From the NCBI GenBank assembly GCA_039805585.1, contig JBDLTY010000134.1, forward strand, positions 1-34,323: DNA of 34,323 nucleotides. The letters run 5' to 3'. A program made the position numbers and the translations under genes. This stretch comes from Actinomycetota bacterium (lineage in GTDB: Bacteria > Actinomycetota > Actinomycetes > S36-B12 > UBA5976). The first letter of the stretch is position 1; each line of letters starts with the position of its first letter. The notes beneath the pieces were generated by a model. It did no database searches, was not told the DNA's origin, and worked only from the letters and a program-made list of their open reading frames with translations. Positions 19,501 through 26,271 of this stretch are shown here, piece after piece.

Positions 19501-19654
19501 TGCCGACCCATTGCAATTATCAATTTACAGAATAGCGTACGCAAAGAGTCACAATGTTCGGCTAGAAAACATCGATGCAGCCTTCGTTTATGTCCGCCGC
19601 GGTGAGACTGTGGTGCCTGATAACTATGTGGACGAGTCGGACCTTAGGTTGTAA
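16556..19654 (+). CDS. adnB: AdnB-like helicase-nuclease subunit (UvrD-like motor plus RecB-type nuclease, no Cys cluster)
   Basis: Walker A SAGAGSGKTT and LDEYQDTS. Nuclease motifs are GRIDAVF...WLLVDWKT and QLSIYRIAY. ATGA overlap with adnA. Confidence 0.82.
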   Translation: MSFTSNDLKFTDEQIAAITSSNPCVLISAGAGSGKTTVMAERVAYFIQQCDVLPDQILGLTFTRFATAELQSRVQKRLGSKSNEFDTQPAFHTYHSFSERIFRENALRIGFEPDSIALTDVRRNQLAAQVIRQSTLPLGDLESKFSSIMGYLLDLDDNLSNNVVSTHELREFDSKLAVDLEAFEMIGKTKELLKKSSKRLLLADLVDEFRLAKRVRSVIDYADMARLALQILENAPEVVSQYQELYTQILLDEYQDTSISQRELLRTLFTGADIGITAVGDPLQAIFSFQGGNIDNIINFGSYYSNHNQEPLNLRITQRNGKNILHLANLVGQPVRDAYPDAKMQWLVPAATPKYGDGRVQINSYLSTKEEAEAIADRFTELHGEGIAYEDMAVLAHNNSELQKIAEVLSSRDIPIQIRSKRALINLPEIAEIISYMKVIANPAANIDWLRLLTGPRFALSMRDVAGLGRISRSLSTYVMRESSNDFESEIARAIQGHDQADIAAYGDVLEYLSENDTNEISHDALMRVRLLQSDIEYLRQYITESLPALAGRILNTTGLAVELYAHQERIERGIGANVQAFISMLSDFSSLKGTSSLFDFISWLSDAERYGNMVTIEIPERRGAVNLMTIHGSKGLQFRAVAVPYLSENIFPTSNTTPRWTGTPSAVPIGLKNVRVKEGLVQFPPRNRKIVTKDHDNFVEICREEDLLEERRLLYVALTRTEDVLLISHAYIEGSTVRKPSRFFEELTQHAKTEPAITCNLVDFVEPAELQGETPRASWPTLPQSAEMLQIRELATMLRYEIDRNVKSPLIEDDTTLDWDLAIASLIKTRQDELQKERFVELPESLSASDVMRLAQDEASFVFELVRPMPQAPHFGADMGTLFHEWVENYFRQKSAGALTATLPGAEDLDQLPADIIEQKELRELIDKFMKSSWANRLPIAIEEPFTIIINDRIIKGRIDAVFQDGDRWLLVDWKTHGQKDADPLQLSIYRIAYAKSHNVRLENIDAAFVYVRRGETVVPDNYVDESDLRL

Positions 19655-20426
19655 GCGTTAATTCAGCAAATACAGCAAGATGATCACTGACTGATAATTC
19701 AAGTGAACCAGAGCTTTTCACCTGAAAGTGATTTGAAACCAAAATATGATCAAGTTGCGCTCGGGGGCGAAATCGCGGGTAGGTAGGCGCAGTCACTGCG
19801 TGCGAAAGATTTGTAATTCGGCTCGTGACAATTGGCGCAAGATTTAAGTCTCCAGCGAGGATGACTGGATGCGCGCCAAGTAACTTCTTCAACTCAAATA
19901 ATTGTGCGATAGCGCGCGTTGGAATGAACGATAAGTGGGTGGTGAGCACATCAATGACGCCAGAGGGTGTCTGCAAAGTCAGTACTCCGATAATTCGCGG
20001 TTCATCAGGAATTGCACGCCATTGGGTTCGCTCATCGATGACAAACGGCATCGGTAGTGAAAGTTTTGAACCTTGCACCTGTAGAAATGTCTCGCTCACA
20101 ATTGGAAATCGAGAGAGAATGCTTACACCATAAGCATCTGCCGGTGAATTCAAAACTTCAGCTTCACCCGGCATTCGAAAATCTGCTCTTCGACCAGGCT
20201 CGCCGACTAGGGCAGGAAAGAATCGAGCTGTCACAAAACCGCCGGCTTGAGCAATTAGTTTCGTTTGATCAATGTTTGAACTTCTGGATTTCACAAAATC
20301 GACTTCCTGCAGACACACGATGTCTGCATCGAGTTCATTCGCTAAATTGGCAATCGTTTCCGCCTCAACTGTGGTCAGTGACGAGAGGGAAAGGCCGTGA
20401 GCGATATTTGCTGATATGACCTTCAT
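19644..20426 (-). CDS. Endonuclease/exonuclease/phosphatase (EEP) family protein
   Basis: EEP catalytic landmarks are intact: CLQEVD, ILAGDLNL, LDHILVS and SDHLAV. ATGA overlap with upstream nudC, and an 11-nt convergent overlap with adnB. Confidence 0.8.
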   Translation of the reverse strand: MKVISANIAHGLSLSSLTTVEAETIANLANELDADIVCLQEVDFVKSRSSNIDQTKLIAQAGGFVTARFFPALVGEPGRRADFRMPGEAEVLNSPADAYGVSILSRFPIVSETFLQVQGSKLSLPMPFVIDERTQWRAIPDEPRIIGVLTLQTPSGVIDVLTTHLSFIPTRAIAQLFELKKLLGAHPVILAGDLNLAPIVTSRITNLSHAVTAPTYPRFRPRAQLDHILVSNHFQVKSSGSLELSVSDHLAVFAELTLTT

Positions 20427-21304
20427 GCACGGGTCCAGGCGTCTGGCATTTCCTCTTCATACCAAGCTTCAATGATTTTTCGAGCGATAGAAGACTTTGG
20501 TGGAATTCGCACAGTGCCAGATTCACATGCAGCACGTAGTTCTGATTTTGAGAACCAGTGTGCTTCCACAATTTCAGTTCCATCCACAACAATGTCAGTT
20601 GTTTGCGCTCGCGCAGAAAATCCAAGCATCAAACTTGCAGGAAATGGCCAGGGCTGGTTGCCTAAATAGGTGATGTCTGTGACATCAATAGACGTCTCTT
20701 CCTTCACTTCACGAACCACTGCTGATTCGAGAGTTTCTCCGGCTTCAACAAAGCCTGCAACAATCGAAAAATATGTTTCTTTCCAAACACCTTGTCGCGC
20801 TAGCAATATTCGATCAGTGGCATCAATCACGCCAACAATAATGACTGGATCCGTACGTGGGTAGTGTTCAGTTTTGTCAACATCACACCATCGACTCCAA
20901 CCACCTTGCGTTACTTCAGTGAATGCACCACAGCGTGGGCAGTGCGTATGAGTTGTATGCCAATTGACAAGAGCGAGCGCACAAGCGGCAAGTCCAACCT
21001 CAAGTTCATTCAGGTTAGATGCAACAGAGCGAAGATTTTGAAATGTTGATACTTCTGGTTCAAAGAATTCGAGGTAGGTGAAAAAGTTCTCACCATTGTG
21101 TTCACCAAGATAAGCAACATCAGATTCAGGGAATTCGTCACGAATAAAGAGCAAGGCATTACTGGTAGCTTCAAGTGAGCCAGGGGAGCAACGCAGAAAC
21201 TTCCCATTTCCGCGTAGTTTGGAAAGTTCAGTCTGTTGCAATCGAAGGGCAGCGTTGCGATTCGCTTTGTAACGACCTAGTGCAAGTGGTGCCAGCGGCT
21301 TCAC
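20423..21304 (-). CDS. nudC: NAD(H) pyrophosphatase / NAD-cap decapping Nudix hydrolase
   Basis: Zinc ribbon (HCPRCG...C), Nudix box GFVEAGETLESAVVREVKEETSI and the NudC-specific NQPWPFPASLM. GTGA overlap with the mycoredoxin gene. Confidence 0.9.
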   Translation of the reverse strand: MKPLAPLALGRYKANRNAALRLQQTELSKLRGNGKFLRCSPGSLEATSNALLFIRDEFPESDVAYLGEHNGENFFTYLEFFEPEVSTFQNLRSVASNLNELEVGLAACALALVNWHTTHTHCPRCGAFTEVTQGGWSRWCDVDKTEHYPRTDPVIIVGVIDATDRILLARQGVWKETYFSIVAGFVEAGETLESAVVREVKEETSIDVTDITYLGNQPWPFPASLMLGFSARAQTTDIVVDGTEIVEAHWFSKSELRAACESGTVRIPPKSSIARKIIEAWYEEEMPDAWTRA

Positions 21305-21540
21305 GATGCAGCTATTTTCGCCTGTACCTGCATCAAACTCGGATTCGTTAACGCATCTCCATCGCTGAAGATCAAGGTTGGGACAGTTCGATTTCCGCCA
21401 TTAACATTCATGACAAGTCTCGCGGCCTCTTCGTCGTTCTCAATGTCAACTTCCTGGTAGGCAATTCCTGCGCGGTTTAGCTGGGCCTTGAGTCGCTGGC
21501 AATACCCGCACCAAACAGTTGAATACAGTGTAAAAGTCAT
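21301..21540 (-). CDS. Mycoredoxin / glutaredoxin-like protein
   Basis: 79 aa from the ATG at 21540 (MTFTLYSTVWCGYC...), with the CxxC active site WCGYC and the cis-Pro loop TVPT. The 54-aa N-terminal extension in the track is Ser/Ala-rich junk that overlaps the uvrD2 promoter region. Confidence 0.85.
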   Translation of the reverse strand: MTFTLYSTVWCGYCQRLKAQLNRAGIAYQEVDIENDEEAARLVMNVNGGNRTVPTLIFSDGDALTNPSLMQVQAKIAAS

Positions 21541-21604
21541 CGCGGTCCTTTCTCGGCACACTCTAGAGGCAAGGCTAGTCATCCGCAGGTGCAAAGATTG
21601 CCCG

Positions 21605-23575
21605 GTGCTAACCCTTGACGATGAGCAACTCCAGGTCGCTGAACATACAGCTGGGGCACTTGTTGTCATCGCTACTGCTGGCTCTGGGAAAACCACAGCC
21701 ATTACCGAGCGGATCGCTCGGATTGTTCAATCTGGCAAGAAGCCAGCCCAAGAAGGTCTTGCTCTAACCTTCACGAACAAAGCAGCCAATGAATTAAAAC
21801 ATCGACTCGCATTGCGCTCAGTTACTTCGTTAACTACTGGAACGTTTCACGCAATTGCACTTCGACAACTCAGCTATTTCTGGCCACAAGTTTTCGGTGG
21901 CTCAATCTGGCCAATTGGATCAAGAAGTGCTCTCCTTGCAACGCTTACAACTCATCTTTCACCCTTGCAACGTCGCTTTGTCGAAACTGAAATTGATTGG
22001 TTGAAGTCATCAGGCTTGGATGCCGCCACCTATAGCAAGTTATCTCGTGGTGGCGAAGTACAGGAAGCGGAAATCGCTGAAATCTTTGGAAGGTACCAAG
22101 ACTTAACTCATACCCGCCGTGTGTTGGACTTTGATGATATCTTGCAACTAACAATTGGTTTACTTTCAAACAATCCAGAAATTCTAAAAGAAGTGAGAAA
22201 GCGTTATACCTGGTTTAATTTAGATGAGTTTCAGGATGTGACACCAGTTCAAAATGCACTCCTACGATTATGGGTAGGAGAGCGCAGTGATATATGTGTT
22301 GTCGGAGACCCTGCGCAGACGATCTATTCCTTCGCCGGCGCTCGGGTGGAGTTTTTGAATGATTTCTGGATTGATAATGCGACCCGGTTAGAACTTAGCC
22401 GCACCTACCGCTGTCCTACAGCAATCAGCGCTCTGGCAAGTTCACTCATGACATCGTCGAACACACCTATTCATATGCGAAGTGAAAGCCAACGACCGGG
22501 ATCCGTTCATACCGTGACTTGTGAGAATGAGATTGAAGAAGCAGAAGTTGTAGCAACTGAAATCAAAGGTTTACTCCAACGAGGCACAAGACCTCAGGAC
22601 ATTGCAGTGCTACTTCGACTCTCCTCAATGTCGCAAGCGTTTGAGTCAACATTCGAAAAGTATCAGATTCCTTACAGCATGAAAGGAACCAAACCTTTCT
22701 TTGATAGACCTGAGATTCAAGAAATCCTATTCACGTTGCGCAAAGAATTTGAGGCGAGTTCGATTGACGTCAGTTCGAGTATCCGAGAGGTTGCAACACG
22801 TCAAGGTTGGTCTCCGACGGAAACTGCAGCGAGCGAATCTGGTCAGCAGATTTGGGAATCGATTACGGGACTTTTGAATCTTGCCGAATCACTTGGCAGC
22901 AAAGCGACATTAGGCGAATTCTTTCATCACGTAGCAATGCTCTCACAACAAAATTTATCTCCTGAGCAGTCGGTAGTGACAATTTCCACGCTTCACTCAG
23001 CGAAGGGTCTTGAATGGTCGCATGTTTTCATTCCAGGACTTGTTGAAGGAGTTTTGCCATATTCGAATGAACATGTAGAAGAAGAACGACGATTGCTCTT
23101 CGTCGGCATTACGCGTTCAAAGGACTCGCTGTATCTGATAGTGCCACGTCACCGGTTTGGTAAAGACTGCATCCCATCACAGTTCTTAGGAGAGATGAAG
23201 CAGGCGAACTTTGAGGAACCCGGCTTGAAAAAAGTTACAGAGCAATTAAAAGAAGAACAAACGAAAACAGTACTGCGATGCCGTGTTTGTGGAAAGGGTT
23301 TAACAAGTGCTTACGAAAATGCGCTTCAGCGATGCCGGCTCTGTGAAAGCGATGTCGATCAAAGAATCCTGGATGATTTGTTGGTGTGGCGTAGTGCATT
23401 TGCCGAGCAAACGAATCAAATTGATTGGCTTGTTGTAACAGATGCTACCCTGCATGCGCTCAGTGAAATTAGACCACAATCGAAAGACGCGCTGGCACAC
23501 ATTCAAGGATTATCTGAGGCAAACATCGCAGCCTTTGGTGATGAGATACTTGAAATAATTCTCAAACGCGAATAA
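21605..23575 (+). CDS. uvrD2: UvrD2-type DNA helicase (SF1 motor, tetracysteine module, C-terminal HRDC domain)
   Basis: Walker A ATAGSGKTT and LDEFQDVT. The tetracysteine CRVC-x14-CRLC lies at nt 23279-23344 and is followed by an HRDC-like tail (LLVWRSAFAEQ...IQGLSEANIAAFGDEIL). The GTG at 21605 is the only in-frame canonical start codon (ATG/GTG/TTG) downstream of the divergent mycoredoxin gene. Confidence 0.85.
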   Translation: MLTLDDEQLQVAEHTAGALVVIATAGSGKTTAITERIARIVQSGKKPAQEGLALTFTNKAANELKHRLALRSVTSLTTGTFHAIALRQLSYFWPQVFGGSIWPIGSRSALLATLTTHLSPLQRRFVETEIDWLKSSGLDAATYSKLSRGGEVQEAEIAEIFGRYQDLTHTRRVLDFDDILQLTIGLLSNNPEILKEVRKRYTWFNLDEFQDVTPVQNALLRLWVGERSDICVVGDPAQTIYSFAGARVEFLNDFWIDNATRLELSRTYRCPTAISALASSLMTSSNTPIHMRSESQRPGSVHTVTCENEIEEAEVVATEIKGLLQRGTRPQDIAVLLRLSSMSQAFESTFEKYQIPYSMKGTKPFFDRPEIQEILFTLRKEFEASSIDVSSSIREVATRQGWSPTETAASESGQQIWESITGLLNLAESLGSKATLGEFFHHVAMLSQQNLSPEQSVVTISTLHSAKGLEWSHVFIPGLVEGVLPYSNEHVEEERRLLFVGITRSKDSLYLIVPRHRFGKDCIPSQFLGEMKQANFEEPGLKKVTEQLKEEQTKTVLRCRVCGKGLTSAYENALQRCRLCESDVDQRILDDLLVWRSAFAEQTNQIDWLVVTDATLHALSEIRPQSKDALAHIQGLSEANIAAFGDEILEIILKRE

Positions 23576-24875
23576 ATCCAGGAACCCAACGTTCAATCTC
23601 AGCACGAGCTGGAATAGTGCATTCAAGTTGCGAAAGTACGCCGATAGATCCCAGCCACACTCGATGAATCAACATGTATGAAGGTGGAAGATTTATTTTC
23701 AGCCCAATCGTGAATTCTTCTCGCCTAGGATCGTTAATGCGTGAGAATTGTTGACGCATCCAGTCTCGACTAAAAGTGAATGTTTCAGTCTTTGCGGGTT
23801 CTGTGAATGGACTGAGGTAGTCATGCAGTTGTTCCGCTGAGACTTCGATGTTTTCCAGCAGAAAACCTTCAGAACGCAATCCCTCCATGATGGCAATGGG
23901 ATCATTTGACATTGCAATTCGCATCAAGCGACCCATCGCTTCAGGAAGTCCATCTGGTAACACCGCTACTGCTCCAAAGTCGACTACACCAAGACGGCCA
24001 TCTGGCGTGTAACGATAATTTCCCGGATGTGGATCTGCATGGAGTAAACCTGCACGCGAGGGACCTGAAAGTAAGAAGCGTTCATACAACAAGCCAATTC
24101 GATTACGCTCTTTCTGGCTGCCCGTTTCGATGATACGAGACATCGGTGTACCTTCAAGCCATTCGGTCACAATCAAATTTCTTGCAGACACTAAGACGTG
24201 CGGTATAGCAACTTCTTCGTCACCTTCAAACGCAGCAGCAAACGCTCGCTGATATTTTGCTTCTTTGATGTAGTCAAGTTCCTCAATAATTTTTGATTGG
24301 ACTTCTTCAAGTAGTGGATCGATATCAACGCCAGGTGCCATAACTGCAACAAGTCGAGCGATACGACTTGCTTGTTTGATATCTGCTTCAAGGGCTTTCG
24401 CGGCACCTGGATACTGAATCTTTACTGCAACTTCGCGACCATCATGCCAAATACCTTTATGAACTTGTCCTATCGATGCTGCCGCAACAGGTTCCTGGCT
24501 GATTTCTTGGAATTTACTTCGCCAATTTGATCCAAGACCAGCAACAATTTGCTCTTCGACAATATTCCATGGCATCGGTGGGGCCGAATCCTGCAGCTTC
24601 GTTAAACTCTTTCGAAAAGGTGCCGCGAATTCTTCGGGAAGGGCCGCTTCGAAAATGGATAGCGCTTGCCCCATCTTCATTGCGCCACCTTTGAGTTCGC
24701 CAAGGATTTGAAAAATATGTTCATCGGTTTTCGCTTGAAACTCTGATGTTATCTGTTCACTTGTTGCCCCCAGTACTCGCTTACCCACACCTGTGGCAGC
24801 TCGAGTTGCGACCCCAAGCGGTAACGAGGCTAGACGCAAACTTCTGGTAAACGCGGATTCAGGGATTTCACTCAC
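23562..24875 (-). CDS. ABC1/UbiB-family atypical protein kinase
   Basis: Motifs AAASIGQVH, VAVKIQYPG, the catalytic loop LLHADPHPGN and VVDFGAV. The GTG start lies 4 nt after the stop of the upstream gene. There is a 14-nt convergent overlap with uvrD2. Confidence 0.88.
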   Translation of the reverse strand: MSEIPESAFTRSLRLASLPLGVATRAATGVGKRVLGATSEQITSEFQAKTDEHIFQILGELKGGAMKMGQALSIFEAALPEEFAAPFRKSLTKLQDSAPPMPWNIVEEQIVAGLGSNWRSKFQEISQEPVAAASIGQVHKGIWHDGREVAVKIQYPGAAKALEADIKQASRIARLVAVMAPGVDIDPLLEEVQSKIIEELDYIKEAKYQRAFAAAFEGDEEVAIPHVLVSARNLIVTEWLEGTPMSRIIETGSQKERNRIGLLYERFLLSGPSRAGLLHADPHPGNYRYTPDGRLGVVDFGAVAVLPDGLPEAMGRLMRIAMSNDPIAIMEGLRSEGFLLENIEVSAEQLHDYLSPFTEPAKTETFTFSRDWMRQQFSRINDPRREEFTIGLKINLPPSYMLIHRVWLGSIGVLSQLECTIPARAEIERWVPGFIRV

Positions 24876-24879
24876 ATCC

Positions 24880-25863
24880 CTATTGTTCCTGTGTTTGTGA
24901 AATTTCTCCTGTTGAGCGATGCGTGCACTGTCCTAGATCCCAACTTCTCATACGCCATACCGGACTTGGTGGATGGAGTTCAATGCTGTGATTGAGCAAC
25001 CCCGAAGTTCCATCAGTATCAATCAACTCAAGTATGTAATTTGTCAGTGTCCATGCCAATGAGTTTGACCATCGATCTGCAATGAACGGCGGTTTTCGTC
25101 GCTCATGCAGTAGTTGTGCTGTCGTAATTGACCAATCAGCATCATTCGATGCTCGAATGTGATTGAGACAACTTCCACACAAGCCATCGCTTGCACCAAG
25201 AATTGGCCCGAATGCCAGTCGCCGAGGGTGAAGAATTACTGGGATAACGAAAGCTGCTGGAAACAAAGTCTCGATGTTTTCACTATCGTGAGTAACGTCA
25301 AAGCAAATAGAGATGCGTGGATTCTTGATCCCAGTTTTGTAATCGTCCCATCGTTTCGTGACGTAGTTCGTCCTGACACCCTCGAGTTCCCCTTCACGAA
25401 TTCGCTCTTTGCATTCAGGTAACCACCCGACAGGAACATCATTCGCCCCAAGCGCATCAAAAACAAGTGCTGCAGTTCTCCCTGCACCTTGTATGAGTAC
25501 TCGCTGCTCTGCGCGCTTTTGTTGAAGATATGAAATGTTAGTTGTGTGCAATTGGGCATCAGATTGGATGCTCTGTGGAGAGTGTGAGCGGAGGCTTGCT
25601 ACAAAGCGCACGTGACCCACCTTCAAAAGCTGAGCGAGTGTTTCCCGTATCCGTGATTCTTCGAGCCCCATTGCGAGCCCACTTTCGACGATGTGTTGAA
25701 CATTCAGTGTTCCGTCACACAGCAGCAGGAGTTGACGAAACTCCTTCGGGTTTTCTTCGATGATGAAGCCACGTGAGTGCGGATCATCTTTGAAGCCGAC
25801 CAAAAGCATGCCCTCGTGTGTCCAGGACAAAGGGCAGCTCGGTTCGAGGCGAATCAGGTCCAT
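24880..25863 (-). CDS. Conserved hypothetical protein: N-terminal winged-helix (PqqD/RRE-like) plus degenerate E1/ThiF-like domain (a family often auto-annotated as TOMM leader-peptide-binding)
   Basis: The N-terminus FRQLLLLCDGTLNVQHIVESGLAMGLEESRIRETLAQLLKVGHV looks like a winged-helix peptide-recognition element. It is followed by the Rossmann-like RVLIQGAGRTAALVFDALG, whose Gly loop is eroded, and a CGSC pair. The gene is real with high confidence, but the functional call is tentative. Confidence 0.6.
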   Translation of the reverse strand: MDLIRLEPSCPLSWTHEGMLLVGFKDDPHSRGFIIEENPKEFRQLLLLCDGTLNVQHIVESGLAMGLEESRIRETLAQLLKVGHVRFVASLRSHSPQSIQSDAQLHTTNISYLQQKRAEQRVLIQGAGRTAALVFDALGANDVPVGWLPECKERIREGELEGVRTNYVTKRWDDYKTGIKNPRISICFDVTHDSENIETLFPAAFVIPVILHPRRLAFGPILGASDGLCGSCLNHIRASNDADWSITTAQLLHERRKPPFIADRWSNSLAWTLTNYILELIDTDGTSGLLNHSIELHPPSPVWRMRSWDLGQCTHRSTGEISQTQEQ

Positions 25864-26055
25864 TCCTCACATCCTGCGGCGAAAACCTCTCTGAACCGTA
25901 ACTTTTCGCTCATTTCACCCTTACAACTGAGAAATATTTGGACATATCGGGCTATTTCACGCGTGGCTATCTGACCTCGCACCCTTGAGGGGATAAGGTG
26001 AGCCTGCTCAGAAATTCTGGGTTCGGGAGTAATCCCAACGGAACATGGAGGAACC

Positions 26056-26223
26056 GTGGCTGAGACTGTTCACGACAAAACCCCCTACTGCGTGAAATGC
26101 AAAGCAAAGACTGAGCCGATGACGCTCACCGTCGAGGTGAATGAAAAAACACAGCGTCGTAGTGGCAAGGGTATCTGCCCCAAGTGCGGCACGAAGGTGA
26201 ATTTGATCCTTGGTAAGGCTTAA
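26056..26223 (+). CDS. DUF5679-like 55-aa zinc-ribbon protein (absent from the supplied ORF track)
   Basis: GTG start 4 nt after a strong SD (GGAGGA). Translation: VAETVHDKTPYCVKCKAKTEPMTLTVEVNEKTQRRSGKGICPKCGTKVNLILGKA. It has two CxxC knuckles and the ILGKA end typical of the actinobacterial DUF5679 family. A 14-bp hairpin follows it. Confidence 0.75.
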   Translation: MAETVHDKTPYCVKCKAKTEPMTLTVEVNEKTQRRSGKGICPKCGTKVNLILGKA

Positions 26224-26236
26224 TTCATAATTTGTA

Positions 26237-26271
26237 AAGACCCAACCTTTAGAAATTAAAGGTTGGGTCTT
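26237..26271. terminator. Perfect 14-bp stem / 7-nt loop hairpin between convergent genes, a probable intrinsic terminator
   Basis: AAGACCCAACCTTT-agaaatt-AAAGGTTGGGTCTT, followed on the + strand by cgcTTTgTTgc. The left arm and loop contain the stop codon, and the right arm encodes the last residues (EDPTF), of the minus-strand gene 26249-27496. Confidence 0.55.

Noticed and set aside
21488-21702. Long N-terminal extensions that make the mycoredoxin ORF (to 21702) and the uvrD2 ORF (from 21488) overlap head-to-head by about 215 nt
   Set aside because: Both extensions lack family similarity. Internal starts (ATG at 21540, GTG at 21605) give proteins that begin where the conserved domains begin and restore a 64-nt divergent promoter region.
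13341-23575. Helicase-nuclease cluster as a possible phage-defence system, given three SF1 helicases plus nucleases and a Nudix enzyme
   Set aside because: Domain architecture and order match the conserved AdnAB, NudC and UvrD2 housekeeping genes of Actinobacteria. There are no flanking mobile genes and no visible compositional shift.
24880-25863. Calling a thiazole/oxazole-modified (TOMM) RiPP biosynthetic cluster
   Set aside because: No YcaO cyclodehydratase, dehydrogenase, leader protease, transporter or Cys/Ser/Thr-rich precursor ORF is present in the window. Only the docking-like protein is there, so I report it as an orphan instead.
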